From NCBI GenBank assembly GCA_964234715.1, contig OZ174275.1: a DNA stretch of 64,000 nt. The stretch is one strand, 5' to 3'. The translations under genes and the position numbers were made by a program. This document shows, in pieces, positions 13,886 to 26,100 of this stretch; position 1 is the stretch's first letter, and each line of letters starts with the position of its first letter. The notes under the pieces were generated by a model. That model saw only the letters and a list, made by a program, of their open reading frames with translations, did not search any database and was not told where the DNA came from. This stretch comes from Podarcis melisellensis. Lineage: Eukaryota.

Positions 13886-14665
13886 GTACTGGGAGGGAGA
13901 CAGATGCACCCCACTCAGAAGGGCATTTCACAAATACTGAACTGCCACCAAGGCTCTAACATGGGTCAACACCAACTGGGCACTAGCCAGAGGTGTAACC
14001 ACCAACAGAGTTTTTACTACTGGTTGTAGGGACTAAGATGGTTGATAGTAGGAGAGGTGCTCTTTTAGGTACATGGGTCTCAAGGTGCCATCATTCACTT
14101 ATAACCAGTACAGCACTTTCAGGACCCATTTACCAATTTTGCAAGATAGTGGTATTTTAAAAATTCAAAAAAGAAATTGGGAATTGGCATCCACTTGATA
14201 AATAAGGCTGGCAATATTCGCTGTTGTGCTTTTGCACACTTTCTGGTTTTTTTTCCTTTTTTAAGGTAAGCAGACCACCACCACCCCATGCCCGGAAAAG
14301 AAAAAGATAGTGGAATGTATGGGAGGAGTGAGTATAGGGAGGGGCATAAAACTCAGGCAGCCCAGATGCATTCTACCAAGCTCTACCCGTTGGTATGGAA
14401 TCGCAATTAAAATTGTGACTGAAAAAACAGGGCTATTCAGCTCCACTTGGCAGTTGTGGAAGCAGGATGCCACAATTGGATTTTGCCCACATCTTTCTTT
14501 GCAGACACTCTAGGGGGCAATATTGAGCTATATCAGAGTATTTGTCACAGACATTTATCTTGCAATGTACTGAATTCATAGCAGAATATAGGCTTTCTGG
14601 TTGCAGAGGATATTTTGAAGACATTTTACGTTCCTTCATCTTACCTCTGTCTTTTCACTGTGTAG

Positions 14666-16867
14666 AACTCACTTTGGGTAAGCAGAACATCCCAATAATT
14701 GAACCTGAGATCAAGATCAAGGGTCCCCAGCCGCTCCTCGTAGCTATGATTCCATCAATAGAACAGCGACGGAGCCTCACAAAGTCACCCATCAAACAAC
14801 ACCCATTTTCCTTCCATTTACAGCCTGATGAAGAACTTCATGAGAAACAGAATGCAGGTACAGGACTGGGGTAGTTAAGCAGACAAATTTACCTGTGAGG
14901 TTAAGGGACAGAATGAGCATTTAGGAGTGAATGATCCTAATAAGAAAATTCTGCCAGATGAAGAAGACAAATTTAGGTGTGAATCTGGACAAGATGGGTA
15001 CTTGTTCTCTTTAATTGGAATGTCTGTCAGACACCAAATCTAAACCATTGTATTAAGTGAAACAAGACATTGAGGAAAATTCACATCGTTGCTGACTTTA
15101 GTCCAGCCAGAAATGCACTACTGCTGTTTCGTTTTGATTTGGCATTTGTGTTTCCTTTTACTTCTTTACAGGCACTTGTGTTTCATCCGAATGTCCTCGT
15201 GGTCTTGGAGTCAAACGACACAGGTACTACCGGGTCAGAACTCCTCCTGGGCACCATGACAGCCTCCTGAAATGGCATTGATTTAATTGTCTAACTTTAG
15301 GCCTTTTCACTTACAATTTACTTATATGATGATACATGTGCAGGAAAACATTACATGTACCTCCAGGAAGCAAGGTGGATTAGTCTTTTGCATCAAAAAC
15401 AACAAGTGTCTTGTGGCACCTTAAAGGCAAATACATTTATTGTGGCATAAGCTTTTGTGGAATACAGTATACTGAAAATATACTGTGTTTTTCATCTGTG
15501 TTTTTGGACCTCATTTACAGCCACCCTCATCATGTATACAAGCCCCCTCCCACCCCAAGAAAACCATGTGTATGCATTGTTCCCATAAAGAATTGTTTAG
15601 TGTTTAAGAGGCCACAAGACGCTTATGGTGTTAGGTTTACAGTTATGTGTGTAGTGTGATGTGAATGCTCTTTACATGCTGAGGCTGTGTAAAGGGCATG
15701 TTCTGTACTCACTGACTGTTGCCTGGTGTGTTGTGTATTATAATCAGGTTAAACTAGGTGAATTGAGGCTGGGTGGCTAATGCGTGGTGTGATGTAGTTT
15801 CTATTTCATGCAAGGTGAAACTTGGAAAGTAGCCTTGGCTAGTTGCTCTTCATTTATCTTTGAGCTATATGATAATTCAACAAATAAAAGGCTACTTGGT
15901 TGAGACACACAAAAGTACCGGTAATCTTTGTCAGCATTCCAGCGATTGCTAATCCTGCTTGGTAAAAGAACCACCACTGTATTGTATTCTCTCACCTTTT
16001 AGAACATGAATGAAAATCAGAAATCAAGGCCAAACTACATGCTTTATTATGCTTTATTGCATATGTCTCAGGATTTTTGTTAAATGGCCGCTGGAAACTT
16101 GTTGGGATTAGGACCATGGTAGGGCTCATTTTCTACTGTGTTGCAGTCTAAATGAAATTTGCTCCTGGAAACTGCTTCTGTTGTTAGGGAGAAGCTCCTC
16201 CCCTCCCCTCCCTGTATACTGTGGTCCTGTATTCAGGGGTCCTTGCAACTGTTATTTAACAAACAATGCCCCCCAGACATGTTAAATACAATTGCTCAAG
16301 TTAAGAGTCTAACCCTGATAACTGACATTTTCCTGCTTTGAACTGCATGAAATGCTAATACATTTAGGTTGTGGTTAAGTCTTGGTCCCTACTATGTCTT
16401 TGTGAAATGAATTTCTTTCACTCTCAATTTATTAATTAATTACAAGTGCTTGTATACCACTTTTTTCTACAATACAGTATTTGAAATTTAATTATTTAAA
16501 AGAACTATTTTTCTCCCCCAACCCTTTTTTTAGGTCCATGTGGTGGAATCCTGAAGTGCCTTCTGTGACTTTAATGCTGCGTCGAAGTCTTTCTTTGAAA
16601 TCTCATAGCATTATTGACAACAAAAACCTGTGGAATCTGAACCAAAGCAGGTCACAGATTATTCCCTACCGAGAATACAAATGGAAACCACTCAAAATTG
16701 ACTACATGGTTCTGAAGTCTGAAAATGAACATCATGCCAAAGTCAGGGGAACTCCAAACATGATTGGACAAAAATATGCATTACTGAAGAACAGAGAGGC
16801 TAATCCAAAGGCAAAGTTTGTGCACAAGGAACATCTTGTGCCCTCCTATGAAGCCATAGACGTTTAA
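14666..16867 (+). CDS. Three phase-compatible terminal coding exons, probably the C-terminus of AGBL2
   Basis: Exons 14666-14857 (phase 1-1), 15172-15223 (phase 1-2) and 16534-16867 (ends TAA) have pyrimidine-tract/AG acceptors and GT donors and join into one open frame (LTLGKQNIPIIEPEIK...GTCVSSECPRGLGVKRHRSMWWNPEVP...YEAIDV*). No recognisable homology; the assignment to AGBL2 is positional. Confidence 0.5.
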
Positions 16868-18879
16868 TAACTCACAAAGAGTTAACTTGTTAGAAGGAAA
16901 GCTGGCACTCTCCTGTTGCAGGCCTATTACAAATGTTTAGCACAAAGTCTACTGCATTTTGATGATGAGAGAGAATTTGGAGTGTTGATAAAGAGGATGG
17001 GAGATTTCAATTGTCTTATTTTTATAGGTTTGTAGCTGAGATTAACTAATATGAAAGGGCAAAGCTTTCCCCCCTGTTAAGACCTTTGGTTAGTACAATG
17101 CATTTCAGGAAGAACACATAATTTCCACCTCTATATTTTATTCATAAGGTGAATATGTAGGAAGTACTTGCAAGGAAGTATTGGCAGGTAGGAGGTGCTG
17201 AACCTCCTTGCCCGCAGTTTCTGCAGATGCCTCACATGGCTATTTTTAATTATTCCCCACCAAGTCAGGGTTGAAAATCAGAAGAGGGGAAAGATTCAGT
17301 GGGCATAGGATGACTCAGTGAGTGTGAAGGGTTAAACAGCCTTTCCCTCATGCTAATTCTCTATAAATTCCACTTCCACCATCAGACACGCATTCCCCAA
17401 CCCTCCACCATTACTTCCCAAATTCACATTTACTGAGGTTGCATGTCATTCCACCATTTTTTTTCTTTTTGTAACCCCCCCCCCAAAGTTTCCTATCAAA
17501 TGTGTGCATGAATTATTATTATTTTAATGATGAAGGGTGAATATTTGAAAACTATTACGTTGAATTAATAATAGATGATTGTGTAGCAGTGGGCACAATA
17601 ATAACAGAAACAATTCTGTTGCTGTAATGTTGGAACCACACAAGGAAAAAATGCAATACTCAGGTACAAGTTTTGTTGCGTTTTTACCTCTAAAGTGGTA
17701 CTGTTACTCTTTGTGAGTGAAAAGTATGTATTGTTGAACATTAAACGGCATAGTAAAGGTACTGAAGGTGCAATTCTATTTTTTTAAGTTTTCAGTTGTC
17801 ATAAAATAATTGTTAGTGTTCTAAAACACCCCCAAACAGAACATATTTATGTAGAAATCTATTGAATGATATTTCATTTTGCATAATATAGCTAAAAACT
17901 ATTTCTGTGAAGAATCCATCCACTCGGGTGTAAATTTTGATGATCTGTTATAAACAAGTCAGTTGTGTCACCATTAAGCTATAATTTATTCTCACTATGA
18001 AGATTTTGGATTATAATCCAGGAAGGAACGAAGAAATCTCACATTAAATATGTGTCTGAACTGCAAATGAGAAACAGACTGGCAAATCTACATGCATTTT
18101 CCTCTTCCTCTCTTTAGTATTAAACTAGCATCTACTAGTTTAGCATCTGCTACAATTTGTTTCTGTCAAGTAACTCTTTCACTACCTATTTTTGTCCCAA
18201 AATACACAAAAAATCTAGGAAAAGTACAATCAGTTATTCTGGTAGGAAAGCGTATTTGAGCTAAAATGCACCTTATATGCAGCTATAATTTTACCTTGTT
18301 CACTGTCACCTCCTGCCTTTCTTCCCTATGTGTAAGTGCCTTGGAAATTTCCTTCAGTGTCCAAATAATGGGAGAGATGTGTTGGTTTCAAAACATTGGG
18401 AATACTTCACCTGTCCACTCCATTTTCCTTGTTGCTATTGCTGCTGCTGTTCTGAGAATGAGAGGGAACTAGTTTTTTCTGTAAAAGGGCAGGCATGTGC
18501 ACCAGCAACATTTTAAAAATTAAACAGTCAATGCTTGGTTTTCTCTGGAAAGTGGGAAAGGGAGAGACGATGAAGGGAAAATTACAGTGGGGCAGCAGCG
18601 CTTGCTTTGTTAGTTAGTTTGACTTTCTGCTAGGAAAGTGATACTGCAAATTCTTACTGAAGAAGTCCTTTGTAGTCAATGTCAACTGTACTACAGTTCT
18701 GCCAGGAAAGCAGAAGAAAAACAACAACCCTGAGTTTTCATTATCCATGAACATTTTAACTAGTAAGCCTCTAATGATACACAGAGCGAAGAAAACCTAA
18801 CAATAGCTGAAAACCTTGACGTATTGTCGAATAAACTATATTAAAACAAAAAAATTCTTTCCAGTAGCACTCGTTGACT

Positions 18880-20180
18880 GTCCCGACTTCAATGCCCTCT
18901 ACTACACATCCGGCGCCTTCCAATGACTTACTTATGTAGCTAAAAGTGGGCGCGGATCGTGTACTCTTCTCGCGACAGCTTCTTCCTTGCCTCTTTCTGT
19001 AGTGGCTACTCCGATTCAAAATCTACAATTTCCTACCTCTGGGTCAGAAGATTCTTAGCCCACCTACCGTGTGACGCAAAAGCCTATTTTTTTTCCTTAT
19101 TGGCTGTCAGAAACATATCTAAGAAGCACGACGAGAAATGCCAAGAGAAATTCAATGGGGCGGGGGGGATGTAGAATTGTGTACAACCGTAGTCCTCGCT
19201 GACACTTCAGTTCTAGACCCTTTTTACCACCGAGCTGCAAAGCTATAGAGCGGCGACCATAGAGAATCATAGCTTTCGCGTTGGTTGGTTTTTACCGGAA
19301 GTTTAGGCTGCAGGTCACTGTCAATATTGCTTCCCCCCCCAATAGGCTAGGCCTATCGCGCTCTAGAAGTGGCGGAAACGGACTAGCTGGAACCGGAAGT
19401 AGTTGGAGTGGGAGGGGAGGGAAAGGACGTGGAGGCAGCGGCTCGAGCCGTATCTTCCTCTACCGCAGGTCACGTGGAGGTGGCGCGCTAGCCTCTGCTT
19501 CCACCTCCCCACCCCCACCCCCTCGGCGGAGCCCGGCGCGGCTGCAGCATGGCGGACACGGCCTCTCAGATGCTGCTGGGCTCCGGCCTCACGGTGCTCT
19601 CGCAGCCGCTCATGTACGTGAAGGTGCTCGTGCAGGTGAGGCCTTCAGTCCTGGCAGGTTTTCAGTGCTCGTGAGGGCGACGAAGGGGGCGGCACTGAGT
19701 GGGTGGGAGGAGGTCAAAGCAGCCCCAGGTCGCCTCCCGCCCTCGCTCACTGGGGAAGAAGTTGCCTCCTCGCTCCCAAACGCGTTTCCATAGCAGCGGC
19801 CCCCCCCCTCCTGCGTAGCCAGAGCAGCCCCTCAAAGTAGCGGAGTCGCCCTTCGCCTTTGGTCGTATCCGGGCCTTGCTTTGCTTCAGACTTCCTTTTC
19901 ACAGGGCGGCGGCTGCTCGCCTCCCTACCCCGAGGCGTAGCAGCAGCAGCAGCGCCGCCGCCCCGGCGGAGGAAAAAGAAAGCCGCTCGTAGGGCCGCGG
20001 GAAGCGCTTCCTCACTTTCGCATCATCCTGACAGCAGGCGCCGTCATTTGCAGTCCAACTTCGCTTTTGAGTCTTTCTTTATTGCGCTGCCTAGAACCGC
20101 AGGTGTTGAGGTGGGTCCGGCGAGGGGAGCCCTTGGGAATCCGCAGCCTCAGCCTGTTCTCTTCCAGAGTTGCTTGGTTA
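18880..20180. promoter_or_regulatory. CpG-island promoter of MTCH2
   Basis: CpG-rich stretch spanning exon 1, with ETS/GABP-type ACCGGAAGT motifs (~19294, ~19392), a GTCACGTG E-box (~19469), GC boxes and a TCTCGCGA motif (~18968). Confidence 0.75.
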
Positions 20181-23100
20181 CTTACGAGCCCTCCCTCGAG
20201 ACTGGTCGAGGGGAAAGACTTCCCCAGGGTAGAATTTCAGTCCAGTTGCGGTGAACGGCTGGGCAAGGGTCCCTGGGTCCTTTGCAGAGAGCCTCCCTGT
20301 TGTAGAAAGAATGCTTCCTGCGGGGTTTTGCTGCTGTCAAGCACTCCGCCAGCTGCTTGTCACACTCGCATGCCATCCTGCCGCAGATACTCGTGGACTG
20401 GCATTCCGTCTCTGATCCGTTGCACGAGAGTTTGTAACGCTGCCACTTTACCCTGCGGTGACACTTTAAGGAGACCCTGGCGTGGCGGTAACAGCAGTCA
20501 TGAATGAAACAGCACTGATCCACTGCATCCACAGGGCTTCCAGAACCACCAGTTCCACAGTAGCAGCCATATAGATTGAGTCCTAGCAGTGGGATTTGCA
20601 ACCGGTGCCGGTAACACCAGAGGGTCAAAATCAGATCCAAGACACTGCGTTTCTCTCGCTTGCTGCCTTTGCTGTGTCCGCATTCCTGAGAGAACAAAAT
20701 TGCCAGTGCTAGCCACAAAACAATCCTCATTGCAGAAGCCAATGTTTATTTTTAGCCAGTTTCAGACTGGCATACCTCACTCAGATGTTTTTGTGAGCCT
20801 GGCTGATTTCTGAATCTGGATCAGTTTTCTGCACTGGTTTTATGTGTGCCTCGTATTCAAATTTGTCCTCTTCTCATTTTTATTGGTAGCGTTTCGGACA
20901 CTCCCAGTAGTTCCAGCCTCAAGAACTTCTTTATTTAGTATATTTGGCTGCATGTTGCTTTTGGCCAGCTGTGGCTTTTTACTTGTATCATCATTGGCTG
21001 AAAAGCATAGCTGCCCCAGGTACAACAGCCCTGTCTGTTAAAATATTTAACAGCTTGCATATCCACCTTCTAATAAAAAATGCAGGAACGGGAAGCACAT
21101 TAGCATTTCTGAGTTTGGATACACAAATTCCTATACAGTAATATAAGGTTCAGAATTTAAGGACAAAAGACAATTGTGAGGCTTCCTGTTATTAACCTCA
21201 CAGTGGTTCTCATATGATTCACTACACAGAGGATATGTGGAGCTATGTAGTGGGATATCTATCTCAAAAATAAATACCGCCTACCTCTGCCAAGAAAGCA
21301 CATTGTCTTCTTTGGTAAATTGGACTTGTGAAACACAGTATCCAATTTGTCCGTAAAACGTTTTGCTAAATTGCAGACCTTGATAATGTGAGTTATAAAC
21401 TATGGAAAACATGTTGCCTAGTATGATATATTGTGACAAATCAAGTGGCTATTCACAGCATAAAAAGCAAAATATCTCCATGTTCTCAACTAGTTGTTTA
21501 ACATTTAATCACAGCAAACTTATCTTCAGAGTCACCTAGATCACATCAAGGACAAACATTTTAAAATACCTTTACCTGGTTGGAAAAAATGCAAGGGGGG
21601 ATCACTTTGGAGCAAAGAAGTGGGGGAATATAGTGTGTCTGTGGAGATACATGTTTGGTCTGTAGCTCCAAATTTTATTTAAAGTATTTATTTCCTGTTC
21701 TTTAGCCAAAAAGATTCCCAGAACATCTTACGACAATCACTAGTAAGACATATATATGTATAGCACTAAGAGATGGCACCTGGTATCCAGTGACTCTGCC
21801 AGACTTTCTGCTGAGCTGCAGACCACCCAGACATTTAATGTGAGCTACAAACTATTACCATCTTCTGAATATAGTGGTTTTAGAACTTTAAACTTACAGT
21901 TAGCAGCACAGCCATAGAATTCTAAGAACAAAAAATCGATCATATTTTCTCTTATGGTTCAGTTTTCAAATGTCCAGTGAGTGGAACAGCCATAGTTGTT
22001 CACTGCTAGGGAATGTTGGGGTTATTCCTTGGGGTGCTGTTCACACTGTAGAGGTTGCTGCAGGCTGTCTCTTTATTTTGAAGGTGGGATATGAACCCCT
22101 CCCTCCAACTCTGGGAAGAAATATCTTTGGGCGACAGGTCTACCAGCTGCCTGGTCTCTTTGCTTATGGTGAGTGCATAATGTATAAGATTTGTGAATCA
22201 GCCTTAAAGACTTAAAGCAGGATTGGATTGCTGTAATTGCTGCACTGCACTTGGCGGTGCCTACGCCTTTGAAGCAGAGCTTCTCATGTGTACAAGAATT
22301 AGCTAGAGATCCTGCAACTGTTGGAATAGTGGTAGTTTATATAGGTAAAGTGGTGAGTCTCAACTCTCAAGAAGCTTCAGTGCTACAGCCATGATCATTG
22401 GCTTTTGAATTCATGCAGTGAGACAAGAGTTAGAATAACAGGAAAGTACAATGTTTGGGCATCTGAGCCTCTCTCTTCCTGTAGCGTATTGCCCTTCAAG
22501 TATCCTTCATATGATTTAGCCTGTGCATGCATGTGCATGTCCCAGCAATGCCACACTTCATGCTCCGACTTGTATATTATTGGCTCTGAGCTTGCTTGCT
22601 TTCTTGCACACTGTTACTCAAACTTAGGATCATTAACAAGTAACTTGTTACTGCAACCCAGAGATGGGGGAGCTGTGACCCTCTAGATGTTGTTCAACTT
22701 CCTAACCAGTTGGCAGTATCTGGGAAACCTGTGACTTTCCCTCCTTGTTGTAGAGGATGGCAGAGTTTGGGAAGGGCAAGCCTGGTTCTGGTGCATGCTG
22801 ACATTATTTTAAGTGTAGTCCAATGTTCAGTTAAGCATGCTGAAATAAATAGGACATGAGCATACTTTGCTGTGCAGGAGATTATGCCTGCAGCTGTGTA
22901 TCGTGACCTTTGTACTGAAGTTTCTAACTTGGCATCAGGCCCTGTCTTTTCTAGCATAGGATAGGCCGAATTTTAAATAGTTTTGCATCCCTAGCTTCTT
23001 TTTTTAAAACACATTTTTGAGTGCTGGAATCTCCTCTAGGCAGGTGGGTGAATGGGGTGAGCAGTCGATGTTGAGTATTATCTTTTAATCTGTATTGACT

Positions 23101-26100
23101 TCTGTTTTTAGCTAAACACATTATGAAGATTGATGGAAGGGCTGGACTCTTCAAAGGTTTGACTCCTAGACTCTGCTCAGGAGCTATCGGCACTATAGTG
23201 CACAGTAAGGTTTTACAGGTACTATATAATTTTATTCTATAGCAACATTAGTATGCTAAACATTTCACAATCTGATAAAGTCAGCCATGCCCTGCTAAGC
23301 CCTGCCAATAAGGTTTTAGTTGCCTTTTTAAGGCAGTGAAAGTCGTTATTTGGAACACCTGTAGAACAGTGTGCAACTTCAGGTATTATTCCCACCTTCC
23401 CTAGACTCAAGTTGCGTTCTGTGGCTTGTCAGAGATTGGAAGGAATGCTTGCTATGGCAAATATGAGGAGGGTGTTTGTAGTTGTCTAGGATTAAGCCTT
23501 AGTAAACACAGTGGGCTGTTTCCACATGGAATGTATCACTTGAATGAGTTTTATCTGCTCCCCTCCTTCTCTTGTGTGCTCCCATTCATTAAATTGCATC
23601 CTCTTCAGTGTAAGGCCAAATTTCCAGTTTTCTTCAAATAGTCAGGGTATGGTATGTACTCAGCATTCACACAGGGGTTGTAAACCAGCTTAAAGCCTTG
23701 GCAGACAAAATTTGCTCTTAGATCACCAAAGCATAGCTTGGCATTTTATGGCCCAAGCCAACAACAGTTCCAAATAAAGGTATTTGCAAGTTATACTTTT
23801 TGGTTGCTGCCAATAATTATTGTGATTGATGCTGAGAGTGAATGGGAAGATACTTGACAGTTTCATGGGGTGGTTTCCAGCAAAGTATTTTATTAGTGCA
23901 AGGTCTTCTGGCTGTGCAGCAGAACTTCCCTTCCATCTCCTCTCCCCATGCATCCTCTAAATGTGTTCCAGGGGTTACCCCAATCCTCTGAAGCAGATTT
24001 TGGGAGGGTGCACGGGTGAGGAGAGTGAGATGAAGTTCTATTGCACTAACAGAACTACTGTTTTGGATACGACACATGGTTTTGACCATACAATCAGGTC
24101 TCTGAGCATCAAAACTGTTTATTTATAGGATGCACCATTTTGATCTAAATTTAGTTTAGCCTTGTTTTCTGTGGACTGCCTGGATTGCTACTGTGGCCAC
24201 TTGGTTGTGTCAACCTGTAAGTAGCAGTTTCAGTTTTTTAAGGCTGTTTCTCTGCTTTTAGTTACACAGAAGAACTAGATTGGCAGATGACTCAAATGCA
24301 CATTGCTTTCAATAATTAATCTGTGAAGAATCCTATATAACTCATAGATATATATGTAGTGTTGTTGACTTAGAATACATCTTGGAGAAATCACTGAACA
24401 TATTATGGAATAATAGTTGCAGAGTAACATGCAGGTTTTTATAGGTATATGAAAATCCTTCAGAAGTATCGTATTTTTCCATCTATAAGATGCCCACATG
24501 TATAAGAGGACCCCTATTTTTTCAGCCCAAAATTAAGAAATAAATATTTTAAACTTTCTGTGTATAAGACGACCCCCAATTTTAAACTTTAAAAATTTGG
24601 GGGAAAATATAGTCTTATACATGGAAAAATATAGTATGTATTACTTTTTCCCAAAAACTCAGCTGGCTTGCAATAAGAGTACAAGAAGTAACATGTACTT
24701 TCTTTTCCTTGGGAATAATTCAAGTAACAATCTTGAGGACATTTTTGAAACAGACGGCATGGAATATTGAAATATATTTAAAAAATTAAAAAATTGTCCA
24801 GTAGCACCTTAGAGACCAACTAAGTTTGTTCTTAGTACTGTATAAGCTTTCATGTGCATGCACACTTCTTGAGATACACTGTATCTGAAGAAGTGTGCAT
24901 GCACACAATGCTTATACCAGGAACAAACTTAGCGTATTTTTCACCCTATAGGACGCACCGTCCCATAAGGCGCACCTAGTTTTTTGGGGGGGAAATAAAG
25001 GAAAAAAATTATTTCCCCCCCAGGCGCGGGGGAGGCCCAAGCTTCCCCCGACCCCAGCCCCCAAACAGGCAGCTCTCTGCAAGCCGTGGGAGCCCAGCGC
25101 TGGCTCCCGCTGCTTGCGGAGAGGTCCGCGAAGCCTGGAGAGCGAGAGGGGTCGGTGCGCACCGACCCCTCTCGCTCTCCAGGCTTCAGCGAAAGCCTGG
25201 ATTCGCCCCATAGGACGCACACACATTTCCCCTCCATTGCGCACCGACCCCTCTCGCTCTCCAGGCTTCAGCGAAAGCCTGGATTCGCCCCATAGGACGC
25301 ACACACATTTCCCCTTCATTTTTGGAGGGGGAAAAGTGCGTCCTATAGGGCGAAAAATACGGTAGTTGGTCTCTAAGGTGCTGCTGGACATTTATTATTT
25401 TTTATATATATATTTTGACAGCGTCAGACCAACACAGCTACCTACCTGAATCTAGAAGCATGGAATATTCTTATTCTTATTAATTAAATTTATTAGACAC
25501 CTTTTCTTGCAATCCAATCGTGGGAATGGGAAAGTGAATGCAAAGACAATTAGGTATGCTTAAAATGCTGAGAATGAGAAGATAAGCCATGGGCTCATTT
25601 TTCTCTGTTTTCCTACTTCTAGCGCTGCCAGGAAGCTGATCAAGTTGAGGTAAGTAGGTTCTTAGCTTTTATTTGTTTGCATGAGTTGCTTCTCCCTTTC
25701 CCACCCAAGTGATTGCTCCTCTATTTCCCTTCCCTGAGCTCATGGGTATTGGGAGGTGGCTGCTGCCTGTATCAGATGGTATGTAGAGTAGTGCATTCTC
25801 TGGGAGTTCTGGGGTTCTCCAGAATATCTTCCATCCAGAATTAGACAGCACAACAAGATGCCTTCTACAGACAGCACTGGAAATGCCGTCACCCCGTGAC
25901 TTCTGATGCTCATTTTTCTCTCCAGGACCCAGGGATCAGCCCCAAGGAATCCTCGTCCTCCTTAGAGCAAGTTGTTAAGGAGGTAAGAGATGGATTCATT
26001 TGTCATGGGCTAAGCTGGGATGTATTAGGATTTCACATGCACAGGTGCCAGGCTTGAATGGTGACAATCTGTTCACTGACAGAACTGATCAAGCATTGCG

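Noticed and set aside
19281-20254. Long + strand ORFs (170 aa, 131 aa) around MTCH2 exon 1
   Set aside because: Non-ATG starts and low-complexity G/R/A/P composition; expected stop-poor frames of a CpG island.
20731-20742. ORF-track start of the PLA2 (MASA...) at 20742
   Set aside because: That codon is TTG. The first ATG is at 20730 and directly opens the signal peptide.
24912-25391. ORFs with repeated peptide units (also 2197-2590 and 61978-62558)
   Set aside because: Translations of MITE family A palindromes and duplications; no transposase motifs.
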